Assembly: GCA_035480035.1 (NCBI GenBank)
Contig: DATIID010000008.1
Coordinates: 74,401 to 138,400 of the forward strand
Length of the DNA stretch: 64,000 nucleotides
Source of the DNA: Candidatus Saccharimonadales bacterium
Lineage (GTDB): Bacteria; Patescibacteriota; Saccharimonadia; Saccharimonadales; OMJO01
Direction: 5' to 3'
The number at the start of each line of letters is the position of its first letter. Positions within the stretch are counted from its first letter, which is position 1. The notes beneath the pieces were generated by a model that was not told where the DNA came from, made no database searches, and was given only the letters and a program-made list of their open reading frames with translations. The position numbers were made by a program, and so were the translations under genes. Below are positions 35,778-46,051 of the stretch, piece by piece.

Positions 35778-36869
35778 CTAGCTCTTGAGCGGCATGATAA
35801 CGTGTAGATAATCGGTACTCTTGGGATCTTTCAAGACGCAAGGTTCAAGTTTGCCGTTAAACGCAAACACCACATCCTCGCCGTTCAAACAATTCAGAGC
35901 GTCTAAAATGTAGCGTGAGTTCAGTGTAATTGTGCTGTCGGTTGATACTTCAGCAGTGGCGCTAGCCACGTTCTCGCCAAGCTGTGAAGCAATCGAATGA
36001 ATGCTCAGCTGGTTGGCTTTTTTATCTAGATCAATGGTTACGCTGCCGGCGTTTTCGCGGGCAAATAGACTGGACACTTTGGTCACGTTAGTTAGTTCGG
36101 CGCGTTTAAGTTTAGCGGTATTAGCAAAATTAGTCGGAATTAGTTTGCGGTAATCTGGATAGTTGCCCTCAATTTGTCTGGTGACCAGCTCAATCTCGCC
36201 AACTTTAAATAAAACTTGTTGGTCGTCATGGACGATTTCAACCTCATCTTCTTCATCGCCAACAATTCGAAGCAGGTCCTGAATAGCTCCGGCCGGAATT
36301 AACATCTGGACATCGGTCTTAAGCTTGATTAGGCCCTTTTCGGCTAATCTATAGCTGTCGGTAGCCACCAAAAAAAGCTGGCCGTTGAAAGTATGGATAT
36401 AGACACCGGTTAAAACTGGCCGCGACTCATCGTTACTGGCCGCGACCACTACTTGATTAAGCCCACTTTTTAAGGTTTTACCGCCAAGTTTTAGGGTTTG
36501 ACCATTCGAAATGGCCGGCATAACCGGAAAGTCGTCAGCTGGGACACCGTTAATGACCGATTTATAACGATCGGTACTGATGTGAAGTTTATTATCTTCA
36601 AGCTTCAGTTCAATAACACTGCTCGGCAAGCTAGCCACAAAATCCTGCATCAGTCTAGCCGGTACTGTAATTGAGCCTTCTTGTTCAACTTTTGCGCCAA
36701 TGTATTGAGTTATCGCGACGTCAAGGTTGGTAGCCGCAATACTAAGCCGATTGTTAGTGGTTTTGATCAGAATGTTTGACAAAATAGGTAGAGTACCTCG
36801 AGTGATAGCAATGCGCGAAACATTGCCTAAGGCTTTAGTTAGGTTTTCTTGGGTAACTTGAAGTTTCAT
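35778..36869 (-). CDS. dnaN: DNA polymerase III beta sliding clamp
   Basis: 363 aa; N-terminus MKLQVTQENL...LSNILIKT typical of DnaN; position between dnaA and recF. Confidence 0.8.
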   Translation of the reverse strand: MKLQVTQENLTKALGNVSRIAITRGTLPILSNILIKTTNNRLSIAATNLDVAITQYIGAKVEQEGSITVPARLMQDFVASLPSSVIELKLEDNKLHISTDRYKSVINGVPADDFPVMPAISNGQTLKLGGKTLKSGLNQVVVAASNDESRPVLTGVYIHTFNGQLFLVATDSYRLAEKGLIKLKTDVQMLIPAGAIQDLLRIVGDEEDEVEIVHDDQQVLFKVGEIELVTRQIEGNYPDYRKLIPTNFANTAKLKRAELTNVTKVSSLFARENAGSVTIDLDKKANQLSIHSIASQLGENVASATAEVSTDSTITLNSRYILDALNCLNGEDVVFAFNGKLEPCVLKDPKSTDYLHVIMPLKS

Positions 36870-37115
36870 ATTACTACTCCTTTATATAAGTTAGTTGTAG
36901 GATTAATAAACCCTGTGGAAACACTGGAAAACTTTTGCTCAACGGGGTTAGAGTGACAACCAAGCTGTGAACAATACTGTTTAATAGTTTGGTAAAAGAC
37001 TCGGAAAACTGATGGGTTTTCCCACACCACAGCAACACCAAGAACATGCCTGTGTATTAATCGATGGATTTGCCCACAAGTATGCCGTACATTATCAACA
37101 ACTTTTACCCATACT
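36870..37115. promoter_or_regulatory. dnaA-dnaN intergenic region with DnaA-box-like 9-mers (second oriC module)
   Basis: TGTGGAAAC, TTTTCCCACA, TTTGCCCACA and TGTGAACAA variants of TTATCCACA/TGTGGATAA seen by eye; AT-rich. Confidence 0.4.
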
Positions 37116-38483
37116 TTAGGCATATAAATACTCCTTGATCTCACTAATCGCGCTGCGGATATCATTATCAAAACCAGCCTCTTTCTCAATTTTTTCAACG
37201 GAATGAATCGCGGTGGTGTGGTCTTTTCGGCCAAGTTCCCTGGCAATTTTAGGAAAACTCAAATGTAGCTCACTTCTGAGTATATACATAGCGACCTGGC
37301 GCGGTACGACAATGTCTTTATCGCGCTTTGGTCCTAAAATATCTTCAAGCGGAATCTGAAAATGCTTAGCGGTGCGCTCAATAATCTGCTTAGCGCTAAT
37401 GTGTTTGGGCCGCGACTTGCTGTCATTTAACAAACTGGTGGCCACTGCTAGATCGGGTTGCAAGCCGCGCATTTCACAAAACGCCAATAACTGGTTTAGG
37501 GCTCCCTCGAGTTCGCGGATGTTGGACTGAACGAGGTTAGCTAAATATTCCACAACCGCTTGGTCAAGTTCCATATTGACGGCCCCGGCTTTAGTTTGAA
37601 CAATTGCGCAACGCGTTTCAAAGTCCGGATTTTGCATATCAATGCTCATACCCCACGAGAAGCGACTACGCAATCGCTCTTCAAGGGTCGGTATTTCGCG
37701 TGGCGGCTTATCGCTGCTGATAATGATTTGTTTGTTGGCTTGGTGCAACGCATTAAAGGTATGGAAAAATTCTTCCTGAGTTTTTTCCTTGCCGGCGATA
37801 AATTGGATATCGTCAACAATTAAGATGTCGGCAGTGCGATAGTAACCAGCAAAATCAGTATTTTTCTTATAACGGATAGCGTCTAAAAATTCCTGAACAA
37901 ACTGCTCAGTTGAGATGTAAACGACGTGTGCTTTTGGGTTTTTTTGCCGGACAGCATTACCAACAGCTTGGATTAAATGGGTTTTGCCAATGCCAACCCC
38001 ACCATAAATAAATAGCGGATTGTATTTGGTGCCCGGGGCTGCGGCAATTGCTTGACAAGCCGCGTAAGCTAATTCGTTGCCAGAACCAACAATAAAGTTA
38101 TCAAAACTATAACGCTCATTAACACCCTGTCGATAAGCGTGAGTCAAGGTTGTTCTTGTCGGTCGGCCCTCACTGGCTAACGGCTCGTCCTTTGGTTTAA
38201 CGATTGACTCATCCTCATTTAGTTTTCTTGATGACGAAAAAGAAGAGTGAATTTTAAATTCAACCCGATCAGGCGTAACACCATTTTTGGCGAGCGTATC
38301 AAGGATCAATTGATTATATTTTTTTTCAAGCTGTTGTTTGATAAAGACATTGGGTACACCAACCACCAAAACGTTATCTTTGAATCGCAGCAGTCGGGTA
38401 TTTTTAAACCAGGTAATATAATTACCTCTCGACACAGACACTTCAATTTCGCCCAATACTGCTTGCCACAAGCTATCTTGCAT
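37116..38483 (-). CDS. dnaA: Chromosomal replication initiator DnaA
   Basis: 455 aa; AAA+ Walker A GGVGIGKTHL; Walker B IVDDIQF; C-terminal DNA-binding helix-turn-helix region (RQVAMYILRSELHLSFPKIARELG); GGAG RBS. Confidence 0.9.
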   Translation of the reverse strand: MQDSLWQAVLGEIEVSVSRGNYITWFKNTRLLRFKDNVLVVGVPNVFIKQQLEKKYNQLILDTLAKNGVTPDRVEFKIHSSFSSSRKLNEDESIVKPKDEPLASEGRPTRTTLTHAYRQGVNERYSFDNFIVGSGNELAYAACQAIAAAPGTKYNPLFIYGGVGIGKTHLIQAVGNAVRQKNPKAHVVYISTEQFVQEFLDAIRYKKNTDFAGYYRTADILIVDDIQFIAGKEKTQEEFFHTFNALHQANKQIIISSDKPPREIPTLEERLRSRFSWGMSIDMQNPDFETRCAIVQTKAGAVNMELDQAVVEYLANLVQSNIRELEGALNQLLAFCEMRGLQPDLAVATSLLNDSKSRPKHISAKQIIERTAKHFQIPLEDILGPKRDKDIVVPRQVAMYILRSELHLSFPKIARELGRKDHTTAIHSVEKIEKEAGFDNDIRSAISEIKEYLYA

Positions 38484-38755
38484 CCCTCACTCCCAATCAA
38501 TAACGTACCAACATCATATCGAACAAACATAGTTTTCCACAACCCGTTTCTACCACCAAAACTTATGAAATAAGCAAAAGCTTACAGCCATCGGTAATGT
38601 TTTACACAACCATTTCCTTAACCTGTAAAACTGTGGAAAATAGTTGGAAATAAGTGGATAACTTGCTAGTATTGGTGGGTAATTATTGTCAATTTCACGT
38701 TTGTCAAAAGTCACAACAACCCATCACCAACTAAACTCATGTCAGGACAAATAAA
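38484..38755. promoter_or_regulatory. oriC candidate: dnaA-rpmH divergent intergenic region with DnaA boxes
   Basis: TTTTCCACA at 38533-38541, TGTGGAAAA at 38632-38640 and AGTGGATAA at 38653-38661 (each 1 mismatch from the consensus), plus TTTACACA; lies between divergently transcribed dnaA and rpmH. Confidence 0.55.
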
Positions 38756-38893
38756 ATGCCCAAACGAACCTACCAGCCGAAGAAACGACAACGTTCACGC
38801 GAACACGGTTTTATGAAACGCATGGCCACTCGCGCCGGTCGAGCTGTCTTGAAGCGTCGACGAAACAAAGGTCGTACTAGTCTCAGCGCTTAA
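38756..38893 (+). CDS. rpmH: 50S ribosomal protein L34
   Basis: 45-aa [45 protein letters not shown], found by reading the sequence (below the ORF-track size cutoff). Confidence 0.85.
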   Translation: MPKRTYQPKKRQRSREHGFMKRMATRAGRAVLKRRRNKGRTSLSA

Positions 38894-38934
38894 TCGGCTA
38901 GACTACCCCAGTTCAAACGGCTAAGCTTAATAAT

Positions 38935-39273
38935 ATGATTTCTAGAACACATCGTTTCCATGGACGAGCTAGCTTGAATTATGTCTATCGCCAAGGCAAA
39001 ACTGTTCATTTGCCCGAAGCCAGCCTAAAATTCATACTAAACCAAAGACGACAAACTTATCGAACAGCGGTGGTCGTCAGCAAAAAAGTTAATAAATCGG
39101 CCGTAGCCCGCAATCGTATTCGTCGCAGGTTATATGAAGTAATTCGCCGACACAACACCACTAAACCCTACGATTTAATCATAACTGTTTTTGCTGACGA
39201 CATTGCTGCCTGGCCAACCGAACAAGTCAATAATTTTGTCGACAGACTTTTTAAGCAAGCCGGTATCAATTGA
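38935..39273 (+). CDS. rnpA: Ribonuclease P protein component
   Basis: 112 aa basic protein with RnpA-like RNRIRRRL motif, immediately downstream of rpmH. Confidence 0.8.
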   Translation: MISRTHRFHGRASLNYVYRQGKTVHLPEASLKFILNQRRQTYRTAVVVSKKVNKSAVARNRIRRRLYEVIRRHNTTKPYDLIITVFADDIAAWPTEQVNNFVDRLFKQAGIN

Positions 39274-39328
39274 CTAGTCCGTCGCGGGCGTTAGTTCTGG
39301 TATGATATAGGAATACTAAAGGAGTTCT

Positions 39329-40267
39329 ATGTTTGTTGCATCGCTTTTTCAAACCGTAATCGTTAAGCCGATTTTTAATCTGTTAGTGCTGATTTACGCG
39401 ATTTTACCTGGCCATAACTTTGGCCTATCAATTGTTATTTTCACGGTTGTTATTCGATTATTGATGTGGCCCTTAGTCAAGAAACAGCTTCACCAAGCTA
39501 AAGCTATGCGCGAAATGCAACCCGAAATTAAGCGCGTTAAAGCGGCCGCTAAGGGTGATCGCCAAAAGGAGTCGACAATGCTGATGGAGCTGTATAAAGA
39601 AAAGCAAATCAGTCCATTTGGTTCGCTTGGCGTACTAATTGTCCAGTTGATTATTTTGATTGGTCTTTATCAGGGTTTACACAAAGTTATCCTCGATCCT
39701 CACGCTTTGATTATTAATTCCTACGAACCGTTGCGTCACTTAAGCTGGATGAAAATACTAGCCGGCGACATCGGGCGTTTTGATTCATCGCTGCTAGGAT
39801 TAGTTGATTTGAAAAGAGCCGCACTCCATAAGGGCGGTACCTACTGGCCAGCCATGGTGTTGGTGTTGGGTAGTGCCACGTCTCAATTTTTTCAAGGTAA
39901 ACAACTTATGCCAGTTGATAAAAACGCTCGTAAGCTTAGGCACATCCTTAAGGAAGCTACTGCCGGTAAAAAGTCTGACAACAGCGAGATTAACGCCGCT
40001 GTTGGTCGTAGCACTAGTTACTTAATACCGGTTATGATTTTCTTGTTTACGGTTAATATTGCTTCGGCGTTGAGTTTGTACTGGTTGGTTAGCGGCGTGA
40101 CTGCTTACTTCCAGCAGGCTCGCATCTTGAGTCGCGACGAAAAAGAGATGGAAGTTATAGCCGATAAGCCAGGGCGTACCGTTATTGAAGGTGAAGTCAT
40201 CCAAAAACCTAAAAATAGTAGCGACAAGTCGGCCAAAAACAGCAAAAAACGAAAGAAGCGTCGATGA
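39329..40267 (+). CDS. yidC: Membrane protein insertase YidC (short, monoderm type)
   Basis: 312 aa; 5 TM helices, conserved LLMWPLVKKQ...MREMQPEIKRVK region; basic C-terminal tail; origin-proximal position. Confidence 0.75.
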   Translation: MFVASLFQTVIVKPIFNLLVLIYAILPGHNFGLSIVIFTVVIRLLMWPLVKKQLHQAKAMREMQPEIKRVKAAAKGDRQKESTMLMELYKEKQISPFGSLGVLIVQLIILIGLYQGLHKVILDPHALIINSYEPLRHLSWMKILAGDIGRFDSSLLGLVDLKRAALHKGGTYWPAMVLVLGSATSQFFQGKQLMPVDKNARKLRHILKEATAGKKSDNSEINAAVGRSTSYLIPVMIFLFTVNIASALSLYWLVSGVTAYFQQARILSRDEKEMEVIADKPGRTVIEGEVIQKPKNSSDKSAKNSKKRKKRR

Positions 40268-40755
40268 GCGAGAGCGATGAGCAAAACCAGGCCGGTTCGG
40301 CCGAAGAAGCGATCCAGTACGCCAAAAAATACCTAGAAGATTTGTTATCGTTTTTTGGATTAAACACCGATATTTATGCCACGACTGAAGACGGCGAGGT
40401 AATTGAGTTACATGTTCCAAGCACCCACCTTAACGGTTTTTTAATTGGCCAACACGGCGAGACTATGCACTCTCTGCAGTTCATGGTGTCGACAGCACTC
40501 AAAAACAACAACTACGAACCAAATCGAGTTAACGTCGACATTGCTGATTATAAAAAATCACGGGCCGATCGGCTGGCCGCCCAAGCTGCTGAATGGATAA
40601 AAGAAGTTCAAGTATCGGGTAAAGAACGTGAATTACATCCGATGAACGCTGCCGAACGACGTGTTGTTCATAAAGTAGCTACCGAAGCTGGCCTCATCAC
40701 CGAATCAATTGGCGAAGGCCGAGAACGACGAGTTGTTTTAAAGCCGGCCAAATAA
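40264..40755 (+). CDS. jag: Jag/KhpB-like RNA-binding protein (KH + R3H domains)
   Basis: 163 aa; C-terminal R3H-like ERRVVHKVATEAGLITESIGEGRERRVVL; overlaps yidC by 4 nt as in yidC-jag operons. Confidence 0.7.
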   Translation: MSESDEQNQAGSAEEAIQYAKKYLEDLLSFFGLNTDIYATTEDGEVIELHVPSTHLNGFLIGQHGETMHSLQFMVSTALKNNNYEPNRVNVDIADYKKSRADRLAAQAAEWIKEVQVSGKERELHPMNAAERRVVHKVATEAGLITESIGEGRERRVVLKPAK

Positions 40756-41865
40756 CTATTTTTCAGGCGTCAAAACCTTGTTATAAATCGCCAATGTTTC
40801 CTCGGCCATTTTATGCCAAGAGTAAAGCTTGACAACCTTACTACCGTTAACTGCCAACTCATTGCCAAGCGCTGAGTTGTCCAACACGCTACTAATTTTT
40901 TCGGCCATATCATTGACATTTTTGGGATCAAAATAAAGCGCTGCATTTCGATATATTTCAGGCAGGCAAGTCGCGTTGCTACTAACCACCGGACAACCAT
41001 GAACCATTGCTTCCAGGCCGGGTAATCCAAAACCCTCACTTAGAGACGGGAAAACATAAGCTTTGGCTTTTTCGTACAGCCATTTTAATTCAACTTCACT
41101 AACGAAGCCGGTAAACAAAATGTATTTTGAAGCTGGCGATTTAGCTGCTATTTTCTGCAATTGAGCGTAATAGTATTCGGATGGACCAGCCAATACCAGG
41201 TTAAGGGTTGGATTTTTAGTATGTATAATCTCGAAAGCCTTAATCAAGCGCTCTAAATTTTTATGAGGGAAGGCGCTACCAACGTACAAAATGAACGGCT
41301 CACGAATATTATAGGGTTCGGCCGCCGCCAAACTAATTGGTGGCTCACTGGCACAGTAAGTCACATAAGTTTTGTCTTTGGTGAACGGATATTTTTTAGC
41401 CAACGTATCTTTAGTGTAATTACTAAGCGTAATAATGGCTTGCGACCGATGATTGCTCAACCAAAAAATAAACCGATAGCCCAGCATTTTCAACCAAAAA
41501 ATTGGCAGCAGCGTTTTGCCAGGACGAGTGTAGTTAAGCATAGTTAAATCAAGTGTCGAGGTGACAGCTTTACCACTATAAAAAATCGGCTGCTGGTTCA
41601 TGGTGAAATGGACTAAGTCGGGTTTAAGCCGGCCGAGTTGCGTTGTAAAGCCGGTTTGCTCTAATGGACTAAACGAAAACTGGCTATAGTCACAAAATTC
41701 AACCGCGAAATTGGGAGCTTTCGGTTGCCAAGTATCGCTGGATTTAACCAATATAGTGTAATGATTGGTGGTATCGAGTGTTTGCAAATGTTCAATTAGC
41801 CGATCGGCGTATCGACCAGTGGACGATTGCCGAATTCGGCAATCTATGACTATGTGTTTGCTCAT
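40756..41865 (-). CDS. GT4 family glycosyltransferase
   Basis: C-terminal GT4 motif YVFPSLSEGFGLPGLEAMVHGCPVV. Confidence 0.65.
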   Translation of the reverse strand: MSKHIVIDCRIRQSSTGRYADRLIEHLQTLDTTNHYTILVKSSDTWQPKAPNFAVEFCDYSQFSFSPLEQTGFTTQLGRLKPDLVHFTMNQQPIFYSGKAVTSTLDLTMLNYTRPGKTLLPIFWLKMLGYRFIFWLSNHRSQAIITLSNYTKDTLAKKYPFTKDKTYVTYCASEPPISLAAAEPYNIREPFILYVGSAFPHKNLERLIKAFEIIHTKNPTLNLVLAGPSEYYYAQLQKIAAKSPASKYILFTGFVSEVELKWLYEKAKAYVFPSLSEGFGLPGLEAMVHGCPVVSSNATCLPEIYRNAALYFDPKNVNDMAEKISSVLDNSALGNELAVNGSKVVKLYSWHKMAEETLAIYNKVLTPEK

Positions 41866-43194
41866 TTCCGGTACAATTATAGGGTGGAAAAACTAAAACG
41901 CCTACCTTTAACTGGCTTTTTTATATTGTTGGCCTACATGCCGTTTCATGTTTTTCTGTCGCAATGGTTGAGTACCTTCACCGGCGGACTGGCCGGCTGG
42001 AAGGTTGCTAAAGATGTGTTTACTATGATGGTGGTGCTAGTGAGTGTCGGGTTAGTTATCCAGAAAAAACTGTACAAAAAATCGCCATTTATCGCACTGA
42101 TAGTTCTAAGCCTTGTCTACACTTTGCTCCACGTCTTGACCTACTATCACAACCACGGCACCAGTCTAAGGGTTGCTGAATTAGCTACCGTCTATAACAG
42201 CCGACTACTTTGGTATCTGTTAATTGGCTTTAGCGCAGCTTTATTATTTCCGAAGGAATTGGTGCCGGGGCGTTTGGATAAAATAGTTTTGTTTATAAGT
42301 ACGGCAGTAGTTTGTTTGGGACTAGCTCAATATGCTTTGCCGAAAAATGTCATGACCCACTTTGGTTACTCGATTGCCCGAGGTGCCCGACCGGCTTTTT
42401 TCATTGATAGTAAACCCGACTTGCCCCGGATCATGAGCACGGTTCGGGACCCAAACTCACTCGGCGCATTTCTAATCGTGCCAATTTTAATCCTGTTAAT
42501 TTATTTCTTTGATGATCGTAACCAAGAACAACGGATGTTAATTGGCGGATTACTTGGGCTACATCTACTAGTGTTGTTTCTAACTTTCTCGCGTGGCGCT
42601 TGGCTAGGTTTAGTATTGGGTTCAGGTTTATTAGCCACAGTTAAATTCAAGCGTCAGCTAATTCCCTGGCTAGCCAAGCAATGGCCGTTAGTGGTTGGTG
42701 CGGTCTTATTACTCGGCAGTCTAACTTTGATGTTTCGCCATCAATACGCCGTTCAAAATATCTTGGTCCACAGCGATAAAACCACCAAACAAACTGACTC
42801 CAATGGTTTGCATCTCGAATTTGCTGAGAATGGTGCCCGCGGCATTGAGCATAAACCATTGGGCCATGGTCCAGGTACGGCCGGCATTGTTTCGATTCAG
42901 AATTCTGGCGGCGGACTACTAACTGAGAATTACTTTATCCAAATTGGTTACGAAGTTGGTTTGATTGGTCTAGCTTTGTTTCTCATTGGTCTGGCGTTTG
43001 TGGAGAAAGAATTAACTATGTCGAATGCCAGTAATTTAGGAGTTGTTTTATGGATTAGCTTTTGGTGTTATTTATTGATTGCTATGGTGTCACATCTGTG
43101 GACCAATGAAGCGGTCGCCGCTCAGTGGTGGCTGTTGAGCGGTGCGGTAATCGGCTTAAAGTACGCACCAAAATCCAAAGTTAAGGTAAGCTAG
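41827..43194 (+). CDS. O-antigen ligase/polymerase-like (Wzy_C family) membrane protein
   Basis: 455 aa, 10+ TM; FSRGAWLGLVLG motif typical of the Wzy_C/O-antigen ligase domain; true start may be the downstream ATG near 41938. Confidence 0.5.
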   Translation: MPNSAIYDYVFAHFRYNYRVEKLKRLPLTGFFILLAYMPFHVFLSQWLSTFTGGLAGWKVAKDVFTMMVVLVSVGLVIQKKLYKKSPFIALIVLSLVYTLLHVLTYYHNHGTSLRVAELATVYNSRLLWYLLIGFSAALLFPKELVPGRLDKIVLFISTAVVCLGLAQYALPKNVMTHFGYSIARGARPAFFIDSKPDLPRIMSTVRDPNSLGAFLIVPILILLIYFFDDRNQEQRMLIGGLLGLHLLVLFLTFSRGAWLGLVLGSGLLATVKFKRQLIPWLAKQWPLVVGAVLLLGSLTLMFRHQYAVQNILVHSDKTTKQTDSNGLHLEFAENGARGIEHKPLGHGPGTAGIVSIQNSGGGLLTENYFIQIGYEVGLIGLALFLIGLAFVEKELTMSNASNLGVVLWISFWCYLLIAMVSHLWTNEAVAAQWWLLSGAVIGLKYAPKSKVKVS

Positions 43195-44158
43195 GGATTT
43201 TTGGCGGCCTTTGTTTGTAAAGCAAAGCATCAATCGACGCTGGACTGACTTTTCGAAACGACTGAACTTTATGGCGATCAGTAAAAATGGCCGGTAGATA
43301 AACAATGGCTCGTAAGGTGCCTCGAATAAATGCCCAACTACCGCCTTTGATTAATGATGAAGCAGCCAGACGTAGGGTTTGAAACCCAAAATTTGGTAAG
43401 TATTTCCAAAACAGCCAACCAGGCATATTTTTTAGATAAAGTAGGTAGAAGTTTTTAGTGGCATGGTAACGCGTAAATGAGCCAAGACCCGAACTTGTGG
43501 CGCTGACTTCATGATAAGCCAGCGCCGATGGCTGGTAATAAATCTGCCAGCCAGCTGAACGCGCGCGAAAACTAATATCGACATCTTCGTAATAGGCAAA
43601 AAACTTCTGGTCAAACAAACCGACTTGGGTAAACAATTTTGCGCGGTACAAACTGGCGCCGCCGCTGGCCGAAAAAACTGGTTCTGGTTTATCAAATTGG
43701 CCTTCGTCGAGAACGTTGCGAGCTCTTGGAAACGGCATACCATAAATAGAATATTGATCACCAGTGCTATCAAAATGCTGTCTGTCATCACGCATCAACT
43801 TGCAAGTTACAATACCAACCTCAGCCTGGTTGTCCAGCACCTTAACCAATTCGCTCAACCAATTTTTATCAGCCACAGCATCATTATTGAATAGTCCGAT
43901 ATAGTCAGCGCCAACCTCTAAAGCTTTTTTGATGCCAGCGTTCACGCCGCCACTAAAACCAGTGTTTTGGGGCAGGCTAATCAATTGAACCCCAGGATAT
44001 TTTTGCTTAACAAATTCAACCGAACCATCAGTCGAGCCATTATCAACTACCAATACTTGAGCGCTCTGATTTTGAGAGAGCAGGGAATCCAAACATGACG
44101 ACAAACGATTTTTGCCATTCCAATTCGGCACAATCAGGTAGATGAGACTTTTCTTCAT
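43181..44158 (-). CDS. GT2 family glycosyltransferase
   Basis: IVPNWNG...VLVVDNGSTDGS and NNDAVADKNW motifs. Confidence 0.65.
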   Translation of the reverse strand: MKKSLIYLIVPNWNGKNRLSSCLDSLLSQNQSAQVLVVDNGSTDGSVEFVKQKYPGVQLISLPQNTGFSGGVNAGIKKALEVGADYIGLFNNDAVADKNWLSELVKVLDNQAEVGIVTCKLMRDDRQHFDSTGDQYSIYGMPFPRARNVLDEGQFDKPEPVFSASGGASLYRAKLFTQVGLFDQKFFAYYEDVDISFRARSAGWQIYYQPSALAYHEVSATSSGLGSFTRYHATKNFYLLYLKNMPGWLFWKYLPNFGFQTLRLAASSLIKGGSWAFIRGTLRAIVYLPAIFTDRHKVQSFRKVSPASIDALLYKQRPPKIPSLP

Positions 44159-44222
44159 TTACTTAAAGTATACAAGAGTCTCTCATGGCCATAATCTTTA
44201 TAACAACTGTTAAACTATAATA

Positions 44223-45203
44223 ATGCCAAACAAAAGTCCGACTAAAAGGTCGAAAAACAAGACAAGATTAGCAATATTAACTGTCCTGATTTTGCTAATT
44301 GGCGCAGGACTAGCCTGTGTATACTCGAAGTATTCACATCGAACTAACCAAGCTAAAAACGAACATCAAACAGCGTCAGCAGAAGCTGCTATACCAAACT
44401 TTGCTCATATTGTCGTTATCGTTGAAGAAAATCATGGCAGTGACGCCATTTTAAATAATGCCAACGCGTCATTTATTAATAATTTAGCTAATCAATACGC
44501 TATTACCACCAATTACCATGCTATTACTCGTCCCAGTCTGCCGAACTATCTTTATTTAACCAGTGGTACTAGCCGTGGCACAAAGGGTGATTGTAACCCG
44601 CCCAGTTCCACCTGCATGGTCGATGCCCCAAATATTGCCGACCGGCTTGAGCAGTCTAACCATACTTGGAAAGCCTATTTTGAAAGCATGCCAACCAGCT
44701 GTGACGCCAATGCCTATAAACAATCGAGCCTATACGACATTGAACACAACCCTTTTGTCTACTATAAGGATATATTATTAAACCCAAAGCGGTGTAAACA
44801 ACACGTTGTTCCACTAACTGAACTAAATAAAGATATCAAAGATGTTAAAACTTTACCTGACTTTGTTTTTATTGTGCCGAATCGGTGCAACGATATGCAT
44901 GATTGTAGTGTCAAGACAGGCGATATCTGGCTATCCAGCATGGTTACAAAACTATTTGATTCACCTAGTTTTACTACTCAAGATTCATTACTGGCAATTA
45001 CTTGGGATGAAGCCGAAAAGGGTAATTCAGCAAACACGGTACCACTAATACTAGCCGGCAAAAGTGTTAAGCGTGTTTTTAAATCTTCAGCCAAATATAA
45101 CCACGGCTCTTTATTGCATACCATTGAAGAAGCCTGGGAGCTTAAACCGCTAAACGATTTTGATAAAAACGCGCCACTACTAAGTGAATTTTTCAAATCA
45201 TAG
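44223..45203 (+). CDS. Putative secreted phosphoesterase-family protein (PLC/AcpA-like)
   Basis: N-terminal TM/signal; HIVVIVEENHGSDAIL resembles the phosphoesterase-family motif; weak. Confidence 0.35.
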   Translation: MPNKSPTKRSKNKTRLAILTVLILLIGAGLACVYSKYSHRTNQAKNEHQTASAEAAIPNFAHIVVIVEENHGSDAILNNANASFINNLANQYAITTNYHAITRPSLPNYLYLTSGTSRGTKGDCNPPSSTCMVDAPNIADRLEQSNHTWKAYFESMPTSCDANAYKQSSLYDIEHNPFVYYKDILLNPKRCKQHVVPLTELNKDIKDVKTLPDFVFIVPNRCNDMHDCSVKTGDIWLSSMVTKLFDSPSFTTQDSLLAITWDEAEKGNSANTVPLILAGKSVKRVFKSSAKYNHGSLLHTIEEAWELKPLNDFDKNAPLLSEFFKS

Positions 45204-45222
45204 CTTGTCTACATGCCAATTG

Positions 45223-45948
45223 CTATTTCTGGATCAGATAGTAAGCACTTCCTCTGTCTTCGAGTCGTCCGTTGCCTTTTAATTCATTGAAGTGCTGATC
45301 AATTATTTCATAACCCTTACTTTTTATCATTCTATCGAATGACTGCGGGTTGTAACGAGATCCCCAATCCCAACCAGGAGCGGGAGTCTCAAAATAATCC
45401 TTTTTCTTGTTTGCAAGACTAACAACGGTTTGGATAATTAAGAAATGTCTTGCCATCTCATAAGACTTCTCAAGTACCGCTTCTGGATTTGTTATATGGT
45501 ATAAACCACCAACATTTGCGACTATATCGTATTTCTTTTTGCCGAGGTTATTTATATCAGTGTCCACGAAAGTAAAATTAGAGACATCAAGTTCTTTTGC
45601 TATTCTATCCGCCATTTCGGCATCGGCGTACCCATCTTTATTATTATCTGCTCCGGCTACTTTAGTAGCCCCCAACCGACTTGCTACCATTGCATAGTAT
45701 GCATCCGCACAAAACAACTCAATGAATGATATATCTTTTTTTATCTCTTTAGTTTTTGCAATCGCAAGGGCTATATACGCAGTGATTATAGGTGATTTTG
45801 CGTGCTGATTAAGTATGAAATGACCCTCAGCCTGCACATTGTTTTTACCAAAGAAAGAATATTCATGGTACAAGCCATCTAGGTACGATGATTTATTTCT
45901 GGCAAGCTTGCTTCTAATGTTTGTGATCACTGTGACCTCGTTACTCAT
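45223..45948 (-). CDS. Putative SAM-dependent methyltransferase
   Basis: 241 aa; Rossmann-like segment ELFCADAYYAMVASRLGATKVAGADN; weak. Confidence 0.3.
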   Translation of the reverse strand: MSNEVTVITNIRSKLARNKSSYLDGLYHEYSFFGKNNVQAEGHFILNQHAKSPIITAYIALAIAKTKEIKKDISFIELFCADAYYAMVASRLGATKVAGADNNKDGYADAEMADRIAKELDVSNFTFVDTDINNLGKKKYDIVANVGGLYHITNPEAVLEKSYEMARHFLIIQTVVSLANKKKDYFETPAPGWDWGSRYNPQSFDRMIKSKGYEIIDQHFNELKGNGRLEDRGSAYYLIQK

Positions 45949-46051
45949 GAACTAATCTTTTCAAGAGTATAACACCCCCTTGACATTACATTAACATAAT
46001 TCCCCAAGGTGTTTATTAAAGGCAATGAGTCAACTATAATAACCTAAAGCT

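Noticed and set aside
35752-35841. Track start of recF at 35841 (adds 30 aa and overlaps dnaN by 64 nt)
   Set aside because: The canonical RecF N-terminus (MLNTIRVQNFRSY) begins at the internal ATG at 35751, which also removes the overlap with dnaN.
36866-37246. 126-aa minus-strand ORF spanning the dnaA-dnaN spacer and the dnaA 3' end
   Set aside because: Overlaps the dnaA coding sequence and the DnaA-box-containing oriC spacer. No domain; most likely a spurious ORF in AT-rich origin DNA.
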